Shown: piece after piece, positions 1 through 12,163 of the stretch
Layout of the letters: every line of letters starts with the position of its first letter
How positions within the stretch are numbered: position 1 is the stretch's first letter
Notes under the pieces: model-generated
Databases searched by the model: none
The model's input: the letters and a program-made list of their open reading frames with translations, nothing else
Told to the model about the DNA's origin: nothing
Assembly: GCA_001662655.1 (NCBI GenBank)
Contig: KV460252.1
Source of the DNA: Pseudogymnoascus verrucosus
Taxonomy: Eukaryota
Strand: one strand, 5' to 3'
Length of the DNA: 64,000 bases
Position numbers and translations under genes: made by a program

Positions 1-459
1 GATGAGGATGAGGCGGCGTCGATGAAGGCCTTCGGAATGACCCGCGCGAGGAAGAGCGAGGTCCAGAAGTTAGGGTTGAAAATGATGTTCACCGAAGAAA
101 CCAGCGGCGCCAACGCCGAAGCCGTCCTGTGTTCGCAAAAAGGCACACCCGAAGAAGTAAGCTGGGGCGCATGCAATGATTACCGCACCTTTGTCCCCGC
201 GCTATCCGAACAATGGGAGGCGAGGGGGGGGGGGGAGGTGAAGTTGAAGGTTCAGGCGTTCTTTGCGGAGGATGATGCGATGATTGGGGAGGGGGGGAGG
301 AGGTTTTGGGAGGAGTGTTGGGGGGGGAGGGAGGGGGTGGAGTATAGGGGGAGGGTGGTGGGGGGGACGACGCATGATAGTATTGGGGATCCGGAAAATG
401 GGGTGTTGGAGGAGATTTTGAGGGAGGCGAGGAGGGCGTTGGAGGCGGGGGCGGAGTGA
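1..459 (+). CDS. 3' part of an alpha/beta-hydrolase-fold protein (gene starts upstream of the window)
   Basis: Open frame to TGA at 457-459. FFAEDDAMIG and GTTHDSI resemble the catalytic Asp and His segments of fungal alpha/beta hydrolases. Confidence 0.55.
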   Translation, partial: DEDEAASMKAFGMTRARKSEVQKLGLKMMFTEETSGANAEAVLCSQKGTPEEVSWGACNDYRTFVPALSEQWEARGGGEVKLKVQAFFAEDDAMIGEGGRRFWEECWGGREGVEYRGRVVGGTTHDSIGDPENGVLEEILREARRALEAGAE

Positions 460-1181
460 GCTTTTGGAGAGGGGGTTCGGTTGGGGTGGGGGTGGGGGTT
501 AGATTAATCGAGGCTTGAGGAACTGGAAGAACTGGAGTATATAAATTAGCTTTATGCCATTTGATTGGTGTGGTATGCGAGATTTTGGCCATCTGATTCA
601 GCATAAGAACCTTCCTCGACTTCGTAAAGGACGTTATGTGATATACTATGCTAGCGCTGAAACCAACGTGCCATTTTCAAGATGTTCTGCGAGAATTCTC
701 GCCTTGATATGGTGGTGGTGACGAGAAGTGTCGACAGCGGTAGGGGGACGGTGACAGGAAGTGATGACAGGCGGTGGTGACGGGGAGTAACGACAGCAGC
801 AGAAACATGGAAGGGGTAAGTCAGGGCTGTGTTTTGCAGCATCACGCTGTCGATAATTCGTTCACGCTATCGATCTGTACGGTGTGTTGATATTTTTGTC
901 GAACTATTCGCTTTCATCTACCTCCCCATCACTCTTGTACATCTTAAATGCCGCCTGATTCACCGTACCACACCGCAGGCCAAAAAATACAATCCTACAC
1001 CCTCTCATCTATGCCCCCAGATCTCAGAATGCATCGAAAATAAGCAGTACCCCACACAATCCATAGAGATACCAATGGAAATAGACAAAACTTTCATTTA
1101 ACCCCCAATTTGTATACGCCCTTTGCGCCGGGTTTTGGTAGTTATATCAACAATAGAAGCGTCCCACAGACCACCCACCCC

Positions 1182-2306
1182 CTACTTCTTCACCTTCTTC
1201 TCCTTCCCCTTCCCCTTCTCCTTCTTCTCCTTCCTCTCCTTCCTCTCCTTCCTCTCCTTCTTCTCCCTCTCCTTCTCCCCCTCCTCTACCTCCCCCTCAC
1301 CACTCTTCTTATGCTTCTTAAACACCGGCCTCTCCCCCACCACCTCGTCCCCCTCCACCTCCCCAATCTCCCCACACTCCCCTTCTTCGCCAAACCCAAT
1401 CGGCCTGAACCTCATCCTCAACCCCTCCGGCTGCTTCCTCGCCTCCCTCTTCCTCCCCACATACACCTCCCCCCCCACAACATTAACCCTCTGCAAATGC
1501 AACGTCCTCCCCACCGGCGCCTCTAACGCCTTATACCCCCCCCTCCCCGGCAACAGAACACGAGTCGTATCCGCCGTCGCCGCTGCAAGCGCAACGCTAT
1601 ACTCACCCCCCGGCAGCGAGATCGTCGGAGCGTCCTCCTCATCCTCGTCCGCGCCGCTGGAGGCGGGGAGGGTGAGGTTCTTGAGGCTCGCGAGGGAGAG
1701 GGAGGCAGGGGCGGTGATGTGCCAGATTTGCTTGTTGGCTAACGCGGCGGGGGTGAGGAGTTTGTTGGTCGATGAGGAGATGGGGAGGGGGGTGTAGCCT
1801 TTGGGGGGCGCGAAGGGCGTGCGGCGCGTCGAGGTGTGTTGTGCGACGGCGGGTTGGGGGGCGGGGGAGGGGTTTTTGTTGCGTTTTGGGAGGGTGGTTC
1901 TGGGTGTGTGTTAGCTTTGTGCTTTCATTTTTGAGACGGATTGGGGAATTGGGGGATTGGGAGATTTTTTTTTGGGGGGGGGGGGATGGCGGACTTACGT
2001 AGGTGCCGTCACTTTCTCAGGTAATTCCTCATCACTCTCACTCTCACTCCCACTTCCACTTCCACCCTCACTCTCGCTGCTGCCGCTGCTGCTCGTATCC
2101 TCATCCGGCCCAGCTGCCGATCCAGCCTCTCCATTCGAATCGCTCCCCTCCTCGCTGGAAACATCGTCCATGTCAATATCGCTATCAGCGATGCGCTCCG
2201 TGCTCTTCTCCGCCTCTTTCGCCTTCGCAGCAGATTTCGAGACCTTGGCTGGCTTGGCCGCTACGGCCTTCTTAGACTCCTTCTTGGAGGGCTTTGAGGA
2301 CGCCAT
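1182..2306 (-). CDS. RPA34: RNA polymerase I subunit RPA34.5-like protein (2 exons)
   Basis: ATG at 2306 (MASSKPSKKES), acidic/Ser-rich N-terminus, intron ~1998-1900 (GTAAGT...CTAAC...CAG), QIWHITAP segment, QPEGLRMRFRPIGF motif and Lys/Glu-rich tail typical of A34.5. Confidence 0.85.
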
Positions 2307-2532
2307 TGTGTGTGTGGGGGGGTGGAGGGATTGGGACCGATTGAGGTTGAGGCTGGTGGTGGTGACCGAGAGCTTTTTTTTTGGCTGAGGTCGGTAATTT
2401 TTGCGATAAGCCTTGCACTGATCGATTGGCGATAAGAGAATCCGCGATTGGCGGCCTTCCAACAACTCTTTTCAACGACGACGACAACTCGGTCGGGAGA
2501 ATTTGGAATTATTTTCCGACGAGGACGAGAGG
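2307..2532. promoter_or_regulatory. Short bidirectional promoter with PAC-like (GCGATAAG x2) and RRPE-like (AATTTTT) elements
   Basis: GCGATAAG at 2403-2410 and 2429-2436, and AATTTTT at 2396-2402, between two divergent ribosome-biogenesis genes. Confidence 0.6.
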
Positions 2533-4957
2533 ATGTCGTCGAATAAGAGGAGGAAATTGAATACCGAGCCCGAAACGAAGAGTAAACCCCTCCCTTACAC
2601 CCACACCGTGGTAGCTGGCACACAGATATCTAACACCACACACAGGCCTAAGCGCCTTCGCCGCCCGCCAACAGCGCAAACTCGCCACAGCAGCAGGCGC
2701 AGCAGTCGGCGCCGCAGAAGCAGTCCTCGAAGGCCACGGCCCCGATGAGCTGAACGGCGCCTCGTTCGTCGAGGCCGGGAAGACTTCTAAAGTGTTTCGG
2801 CTTGGGATTGACGGGCCGGGAGACGCGAAGGCGGAGGAGGGGGAGTTCTCGGATTCTTCGCCGTATGAGGGGAGGGATGAGGGGAGGGTGTCGGGGTGCG
2901 TTTTTTCTTCCGCGGGGGGGTAAGAGTGCTGTGCTGATCGATTTGATGTGTAGGAAGAAGTCACGTGGGACGAATACGCCGTCTGAGCAGGTGGTGGTGG
3001 AGTTTACGACTGTGAAGGCGAGGGGGGATCGGATTGTGCGGGAGAAAAGGGGAGGGGTGAGCGTTAGGATTGGGCCTGGAGAGGTATGTTTGTGGGATTT
3101 CGTGGTGTGGTGATCAGGGGCTGACTCTTCGTAGCGGGTGGTGGTTCTGGGAGAGTATCGTCTTGCGGTTCGTAAGGGACGGGCTACGCTGTTGGGGGCT
3201 ACGTTGTCGCCTGAGAGCACGAAGGTGTTTGTGGATGTGTATGCCGCTTCTTCGCACTCGTTGCCTGTTATAAGGTATTTGGAGTCGGAGGATAATGAGG
3301 TTATTATCAGTTTGGGTCAGCTTAAGTCTGGGCTGAGACCGCTGAAGAAGCTTTCGCCGCTGTTTTCTAGGTTGTGGAATGAAAGCGCGACGATATTGGA
3401 TGGTGATGTGGGCTCAGATGAAAGGAGTTCTTTTCAAATTGTATGTACTACAACGAATTCTGTGGGTTCAAAGCTAACACTGTGCAGCTGTTCTCTACTG
3501 CAGATGGCCCGCGGAAGATACCCCTTCACAAAGTCTACTCACCACCAGAATGGAACGAAACCTTCGCAGCAGTATCTTCTAGCAAGTGGAACCGCGAAAG
3601 CGTATCAAGCACGATGATCTGCGGCCCAAAATCATCTGGGAAATCTACATTTGCCAAGCTCCTCGTCAACCGCCTATTGACCTTACCACCACCACCCAAG
3701 TCCCGGTCAAAAAGGCCAGCTGGTGTATTACTCCTTGACCTCGACCCAGGACAACCAGAGTACTCGCCTCCAGGACAACTCTCTCTAGTCCACCTCCTAA
3801 AACCGAACTTTGGACCACCATATACACATCCCGACGCCGACAGCGGCGGCTGCACCGTTATACAAGCCCATTCCGTCTGCGCCATATCACCATCAGCCGA
3901 CTCGGATCATTACATGGCGTGCGTGTCCGATCTACTCAGCCATTATCGGCACTACATATCTTCACACGCAGAGTGCCCCCTGATAATCAACACGCCTGGA
4001 TGGATTCTCGGGACAGGCCTCGAACTACTCATCGAGCTTATCAAAAAGGCGAAGCCTACTGTTGTCATATACATGTCCACCGAAGGACCTGTAGATGTTG
4101 TCAAGAGCCTGCGAGAAGAGGCGAGGCAAACTCCAGTTATCGAGTTGCCATCGCAGATCAGCGAGTATACGACTCGGACCGCAGCGCAGCTGAGGATCAT
4201 GCAGACGATGTCGTACTTCCATCTAAATAGGAAGGATACTACGGCGCCGTGGAACTGGAGCCCGTTGACATCAATGCCGCCTTGGATGGTTAAATACTCT
4301 GGGCCTGGTTCGGGAATACTGGGTGTTATGTGTATTGGGGAGCAGCCGGCGCCGCAGTTCCTTCACGATGCTATCAACGGGAGCGTAGTCGCTGTGGTTG
4401 TGATAGACGACGAGCTTGCCCTCCGTAGTCCTCAGGAAGGGGAAGCAGAAAATGGGGATCGCCTCTCATCGGACATCTCTCCAATGGTCACAGCCAACAC
4501 GGCAAATGGACACTTACCCTACCTCGAACCTGGACCTAACGGCTACCCCGACCCCAAGCATAGCCACTCAATCGGCTTCGCCCTAGTTCGCGGCATCTCC
4601 ACCACCTCCAACTCTCTCCAGCTCCTCACAGCCATCCCCCACAGGACCATCAGAGAACTAGCCATCTCCGAGAAATCAATCGTCCTCGTGAGTGGCAAGC
4701 TCGAGACGCCGGGATGGGCGTATACGGAGGAGTTACATCAGAAGGCGGTGGTGGCGCTGAATCGGAGGAAGAAAGAGATTGGTGGGCTGGTGGATGATGG
4801 GGAGTCTGATGAGGAGGTGGAGGGGGATGGGGAGTATATGGGGGAGTTTGAGAATGCGCCGTGGGTTGAGAGGTTGGAGGGGCATAGGGGGAGGGGGGTG
4901 GGGGAGAGGGTGTGGAAGGTTAGGAGGGATTTGGGGAGGGGTGGTGATGGTGGTTGA
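2533..4957 (+). CDS. GRC3: Polynucleotide 5'-hydroxyl kinase Grc3/Nol9 (about 4 exons)
   Basis: P-loop ICGPKSSGKST, LDLDPGQPEY and PLIINTPGW (Clp1/Grc3 family). NLS-like MSSNKRRKL start; GT-AG introns near 2582-2645, 3084-3134 and 3441-3487. Confidence 0.92.
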
Positions 4958-5602
4958 GGAGTCAGGATTTGGGATGGAGTGGTGATGGTGGTTGAACGGC
5001 GGTCAGGATCTAGAGTAGACCACCACATACCATCACACTATGATATATATTGACCGACTACATATATTTTATATCCCTACGAGTGGCCGGAATCTTCAGC
5101 CAAGATAATGAATATGACCCTATCCCAGTAGCGTACCAGCTACAATTCTCACTATACTGAACGCATGTCTTTCGCACCTCGCACGTGACCACCTTCCCCC
5201 TTCAGGAACAATCAACACTAGTCCCCAAACAACCTAGCGTCACGGAAACCTGTCACTCTCCTCCCCAGTGACTAATGTACTCCGCGTCATCGCTGGTAAG
5301 CCCAAAAGTTGCCAAGCCAAGTCCAGCCACACCCAGCCAGTTGTGTCACTCCGCCTTGATTCGCCCTCGCACCCTCACACCCGGCTCGGTTTCGTTGCCT
5401 TGCAGCAACGCCTCCCATCAACGTCGTCCAGTCCCCTCCATCCCTCCTCTTCTTACACCATCCCAATCGTCCTTCTTTCCCAATAACATCATATCATAAC
5501 AACAACAATACTACAAACGACTGTGCGCCATATACATATCTACTGCGAATTGATAACCTCCACCAAACCCGTACCCGTCGATACAGCTTCCTGGTCGCAA
5601 TC

Positions 5603-6919
<1,317 letters not shown>

Positions 6920-7479
6920 ATGGGGCGTAGCATATTGAGAAGCTAGAGGGAGCTGGTGAGGGGAGGAAAGAGGTTGATATAGTGGATTGGATGGGGAGGC
7001 GAGTGAAGGGACAGGAGAGTGCAGTTTTGTGACATTGTGTCGTCTTTACTTGTCTGTTGTTTTCCTTTTCGCATTTCTCTTTCGTCTCTCTTCTTCTCCT
7101 TCTGTGAGAACACAGCATGCTGCTGCCTTTTTTTGTGAAACTTTTTTTTTTGGATCTGAGATTCGAGAAGGGGGGTTAATTCGAGCAAATGCATATTGTC
7201 AACCATCTATCTCCTTTTATATCTGGGTATACGTGAAAGTGACTGTGCTGGTGACTGTGATAAATGATAATGACTTAATAGTGTTACACAAGAAATAGTA
7301 CTACACAAGGATTTGTCCTTTGTAAACATAGCCTCTAGGTCATAACCCAGGGGGTAGGGATACACCCCAACCCCCCCCCCCCCTCCCTCCTAAGGCCCCA
7401 GAGGGTGATAGATATAGGCAGTATCAAGCCATAGCAGCATAGATATCCTTATCTCTAATAGAAGCATCAAAAATAACTC

Positions 7480-8110
7480 TTAATGCTTCTTCTATGACAT
7501 GGAAGCCCCGATATTAAAAGCAATCCCCGATTTACAAATATTAGCCTAGAAATTGCAAGTTATACTATTTGTTTCTTCCGCATAGACCCCAGCAAAGACT
7601 CAGCTCATAACTCGACATGGCGGCTCGAACAGGCTCTCTCCACTTCTGGATGCTTTCAAGTGTTACCAATGGTAATGTCACTTTTACACGGCTTCCAGGC
7701 TTGCTTTATCTCGGGGAGTGAATGTTTCAGACGAACAAGTCTTTAATAGGCATTGAGTCTTTATCTACCAGAAAGCATCCCAGAAAAGGTTGGCACGTCA
7801 ATCCAAAAATACCAGACTTGTCATTGATCCTTCAACACTCCGCTTGACCGTGGACTGCGAGACCAATCAACCTAGACTTGAGAGGGCAGTCTTAGAGCAC
7901 ATCGAGGCTATCGTCTGTACCTGTCTACTCATGTACGACGCTTGTGTTGATGACGACGAAGTGGCGACTGAGATTGCGAGACGATGGGTGTGGTTTAAGG
8001 TGCTTCCTAGCTCCTTGCATCAAGGATAATCGGAATGGTGGAATCAAGTGGCTATGGAAAATAAGAGTTTTCTCGGTCTAGACTCTGCGGGTATTCCTGA
8101 GCTTCGGGGT
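7480..8110 (+). pseudogene. Possible decayed coding relic of unknown family
   Basis: Protein-like segments (..LERAVLEHIEAIVCTCLLMYDAC..ARRWVWFKVLP..) interrupted by TAG/TAA stops and followed by a GTAAGT donor at ~8109. No family recognised. Confidence 0.25.
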
Positions 8111-8301
8111 AAGTTATAGTTATAAGTTAATTCTAGGCCATTCAAGAGTCTAAGCCCAAACCGTTTTAAAAACGTGGTAGTAATTGTACTATTGGGGGTT
8201 TAATTATAATGTCTAATCATATCAAGTGCTGGTTCATAATTTATGAAGTGATATATTGTAAAAACCACACAGTTATTGAGATATTAATTAATTCGTCAAA
8301 T

Positions 8302-9168
8302 TCATATTAAAAATTGGTCTCCTGAACCCCACTCTTGGAAAGCATCTAGCTTATTAGAACCGTCAACAGCCATGATACTATAGTCTATGAACTCCTCCCA
8401 GTAGTTGAACCCCAAGTCTGCAGCCATTCTCTTATCCTCAAGAAGAGACCTGTGATGACCAGGTAAAGGTTTGCTCGGAAACATTGCGCCGTCGTGGGCA
8501 TCAGTGGCCTCGGCCGCCAGAATCCAGGGAAGATGCTCAAATTCATCTGCTGCGGGCGATGGCGTATCCATGGCTATGGAATAGACTGAGCTTGGCTGAC
8601 TTGGCGTTAAACACTCTGACGATATGAGCTCTGGGATGGAAGTCTCTTCGTCGATTAACGTTATGAATGAAGGGGTAAAGGTATTCGTAGACATTGGTGA
8701 TGGTGGCCAATTAGGTGATTGTGAGTCCCCAAACTGATATTGTTGAAGATTGCGAGATGTGGGAGAAAAAATCGTCTCCATCCTCGATAAGCTGCAGGTT
8801 TCTTCAGGCTGTCGTTTAAAAGGAGGCGGTGTTGAAGAAGGTGAGTCCGTCGAGAAAACATATGCATCTATGTTTTTCTCACAGTCCTTGTCCCATTGGC
8901 AGGTGTTGCAACTTAGTGGACTGACACGCGAATGTGCTTTATCACTTTCGTCATCTTTCCAATCCTCAGAAAAGACAGCAGTAAACCCGGAAATTATTTC
9001 CCCGCTGTCAGCGAACCTCCGCCGCCGCGACCGACGATCCTTGGAGTTAAACTGCCATTTCCAATTATCAGAGAAGACCGCCGTGACGTACGGGACTCCT
9101 TGGCGGTCATTGATCCCTGGCGTTGAGGGGGATGTACGTCCCCAGCAAAACTGGCACGCTTTCGGCAT
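8302..9168 (-). CDS. Orphan hypothetical protein (~288 aa from first ATG) with two CxxC motifs and a duplicated TAVFSxxWK motif
   Basis: Uninterrupted ORF (the track start at 9231 is GTG; first ATG is at 9168), with a TATA-like element at ~9269-9278 upstream. Confidence 0.5.
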   Translation of the reverse strand: MPKACQFCWGRTSPSTPGINDRQGVPYVTAVFSDNWKWQFNSKDRRSRRRRFADSGEIISGFTAVFSEDWKDDESDKAHSRVSPLSCNTCQWDKDCEKNIDAYVFSTDSPSSTPPPFKRQPEETCSLSRMETIFSPTSRNLQQYQFGDSQSPNWPPSPMSTNTFTPSFITLIDEETSIPELISSECLTPSQPSSVYSIAMDTPSPAADEFEHLPWILAAEATDAHDGAMFPSKPLPGHHRSLLEDKRMAADLGFNYWEEFIDYSIMAVDGSNKLDAFQEWGSGDQFLI

Positions 9169-9929
9169 ATTTAAACAAATGTGTTCCAGGAGTATCTTTA
9201 TTTTGTGTGAAAGGTAAGAGACAGCAGTCACATTCTATGGCCAGCTTCGTCTCAGGTTCCTCTACTGTTATAAATATACGTTGCGTGTTCTGGGTGACGA
9301 ATAGCCAATCGGATACCGTGTTGATAATATCCCTCTTTCGTGCGCTCGGGGTAGATTTTTAGAATAAGTGAGTCCCATCATGATCCGGAGCAACTGTTCC
9401 CCATCGTAATCCTGAGTAACTGCTCCATGGCTTAAGTAGTTTGGGTTATGTCCACCGGAATCGCTAACTGATATGCAGCTAGTGTTTTTGACAGCTTCCA
9501 CCGGAATTTCTAGCCAATAGGAAATCGGCCACTGTTAACTTGGCAACTTCCACCCGAGCTTCCACCGGAACTGATGGTCGAGTTATTATTCTAAAAGCGG
9601 GGATTTGGAAATGCAAAGAATACCTTCATGTCTCCACGCGGCTTTTTACTTTGAAGCATTCCAGTTGTTTTTGATTTTCCCAAGTAAATAAGAGAGGTGC
9701 GTTCTAACCGGCGGCGGGGTATCTTGTGCTGGTTACCCGAGGGTCGTACGTCGGCCAATTTCCCGGAGAGCGGGCGACAGAGTGGCTTTTTACTTTGTCC
9801 AAGCAACGTCTTGCTACAAAGTTAAAGTTGACTCGGCCTTCGATTAAAGTATACAGGATGTGCACACCTCTGTAAGTAGTTAATTTACCACCGGACAATG
9901 GAAACCAAGCGCAACACTCAAAAATAGTC

Positions 9930-11150
9930 GCAGAAGGATACCATCAGATGCGTCTGTTGTGGATAGACCTCTTCATTCATTGCCGTTAAGCCGTTGACAG
10001 ATCTACTGCAGTGAGATACACAGCTCAACGAGTATACAGAGCTCAACGAGTGGGAAAATTCACTTCCTCCCGAGCTTAAGTTAGTCTCATGGGATAGACA
10101 AGCTATGGAAAAAATACAGAATAGCACATCATATATTTTGCTATGCAAGCTTTAACGCTGCAAATATCCTACGATAATATACAGCTCCTGTTAAATCGCC
10201 CTTTGATGACCTACCAGGGGGCATCTACTAAACTAAACCTAGATACTAGTGAGTTGCTAGTCGATGCGCCTCATTCATCACTTGATGTAGCGCTGAACCT
10301 AGATATCCTCGACCTGGGCCGTTCACAATGCTGGAAATGGGCGTTGCGAACATGAGGTGTTGACAGCTATGCTCCAATACTACGATTGGTCGGGAACACT
10401 CCTGCTGCTACAAACCTGGGAATCCATTGCCTAACATCGGGTGTAATGCTAGGAGTACTAGCATTATCAGACTGATCTGGACCAAGAGTACAGGATTGCA
10501 AGGGTGGGATTGCAAGTCTGATCAAAGTTCCTCGAAACTTCGGGCTCAAAATTGTGGTATGTAATCTATGTTGAGATCTTAATGGATCTGATGCACGTTA
10601 TAGCAGCTGGAGAGGTTAAGGCAATGTTATCACAAGATGGTAATTGTTGTGAATCGGATATTCTAAATACGAGCAGAGCAGCCTTTACATGGAATAGGCC
10701 AAACAGCAACATAGGTGTCAGTAAACAGGTACACGGGATGGGGGCGGACGAGTAGCTCTCGGTCCAGAATGAATACTGGTTACGAACGAGTTCCACCTCT
10801 CCGAGTCTGCCCTCTGTTTCTGAAAATACACAAACGCCACCACAGTCACCAGTTCCTTCACTCACCACATATGCGAGCTATGGCACCGACGCCTTTACTT
10901 CTTAATCCGATTTCTCACGCGACTCCAGGGCCGATATGGATTTCGACATCGACCTTAGTACTATCCCAATGCATCAACAGGGCATGGAGCCCGTTTACAA
11001 TGGGGAAGCACAATTTGGAGTCAGAAGCCTAGAGCAATCTCCATCGATGCGCAACATAGGTGTCTCCGCAGACACATTTCCATCGTTGGACCTTCCGGGG
11101 CAACTCTGGATATTGGGCCCTCCTTTCGCATTCCCTAAGGTCGAGATTAG
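9930..11150 (+). pseudogene. Disrupted fungal-specific transcription factor (middle homology region) fragment
   Basis: EWENSLPPELKL...ALTLQISYDNIQLLLNRPL is typical of the Zn2Cys6 TF MHR. Frameshift near 10135-10143, in-frame TGA at 10012, 10353 and ~10473, an 18-nt duplication at ~10016-10051, and no N-terminal zinc cluster found. Confidence 0.65.
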
Positions 11151-11439
11151 AATCCATGCTATTAAATGTTGTCTCATATACTGTTGCTAGTTCATGACCC
11201 TTTATCCATTATGCTTTCCACTGTCATGGTGACCTCTTCGGGAACAGTTCCCCGCTCATGGACCCTCCATGATGGGCTTCATCATCGGCCGCACCGCTTA
11301 CGGGCGGTCCATGGGCAGTTTTGCACTGCACTACTACGGAGTCCTCGAGTTCCTCACCAAACGCAGCATATCATCAACGCGTTTAGTGCTTTCGGAATCT
11401 CGACAATGGGCCTCTATATGAGCGCTCGCACTGCAAGAA

Positions 11440-11739
11440 GGTGTCGTTGATGCGGCTAATGTTCGATGTCTGCGCGATGCTCGTCTGGGTGCCGCTGGGA
11501 TGCGATGCTAAACCCGAAGGCTGCCACGGAAACAGGGAAGGAAGGATAATCAGAGGACTTGTGGAGAATCGTGGAAAAGATGAGTTAAATCAGGGAGTTT
11601 CGTGTTACCGGGCGCCAATATGAGGGAGAACGGGCTATTTGATGTCAAGCACGAGATCGTTTTGGAGCAGGCGGAGGCGCAGAGGAGGGTGAGGAACAAG
11701 GTTGAGGATGCGATTGAGAGATTGATGATCTTTGAATAG
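11440..11739 (+). pseudogene. Possible 3' gene fragment (..ENGLFDVKHEIVLEQAEAQRRVRNKVEDAIERLMIFE*)
   Basis: G-rich, helical-looking reading frame ending in TAG at 11737-11739; the upstream part needs a stop read-through and a frameshift. Confidence 0.3.
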
Positions 11740-11751
11740 GTCATCAATCTC
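11729..11751 (+). repeat. Left copy of 23-bp direct repeat flanking the tRNA pair
   Basis: TCTTTGAATAGGTCATCAATCTC; 21/23 identical to 12141-12163, with a 16-bp exact core TTGAATAGGTCATCAA. Confidence 0.85.
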
Positions 11752-11761
11752 CCAATAATCA

Positions 11762-11843
11762 TCTTTGATGGTCTAACGGTCATGATTTCCGCTTGTCATA
11801 TGACAAAGCGCGGGAGACCGGGGTTCGACTCCCCGTCAGAGAG
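11762..11843 (+). tRNA. tRNA-Asp(GTC) with 10-nt intron (11799-11808)
   Basis: Acceptor stem TCTTTGA/TCAGAGA plus G discriminator, anticodon arm TCCGC-TT-GTC-A..C-GCGGG, T-arm CGGGG-TTCGACT-CCCCG, and a TTTTT terminator at 11876-11880. Confidence 0.93.
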
Positions 11844-11883
11844 AATTGCCTTTCTGAGCTCATGTTCAGATACACTTTTTCAA

Positions 11884-11954
11884 GCATCAGTGGTTTAGTG
11901 GTAAAATCCATCGTTGCCATCGATGGGCCCCGTGTTCGATTCACGGCTGATGCA
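11884..11954 (+). tRNA. tRNA-Gly(GCC), intronless
   Basis: Acceptor stem GCATCAG/CTGATGC plus A, D-loop TGGTTTAGTGGTAAAAT, anticodon arm CATCG-TT-GCC-AT-CGATG and T-arm CCGTG-TTCGATT-CACGG. Confidence 0.96.
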
Positions 11955-12140
11955 CAATGAACAGTATCCAGTTCGGAGATGTATATATTTTTGTACGTGG
12001 GACTTCGACCCGCGTGCTAATTTTTTTTTATTATAAAAATGGAGAGCGGCAGAAAGGTGGGTCAGCTCCGCCGTCGGAGAAGCTCTCGGTGACAACGCAC
12101 CTCTCCTACCAACATGAAAACCAAAAACAACTATAACTCT

Positions 12141-12163
12141 TCCTTGAATAGGTCATCAACCTC
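12141..12163 (+). repeat. Right copy of 23-bp direct repeat flanking the tRNA pair
   Basis: TCCTTGAATAGGTCATCAACCTC; matches 11729-11751. Confidence 0.85.

Noticed and set aside
89..1797. Pro-rich, Leu-rich and Phe/Ser-rich ORFs (89-604, 1110-1526, 1123-1797)
   Set aside because: Translations of the G/C tracts and of the antisense of the RPA34 Lys/Glu repeat.
7285..7309. TACACAAG direct repeat (7285 and 7302) at the composition boundary
   Set aside because: Only 8 bp and adjacent, with no matching copy seen at the far end of the block.
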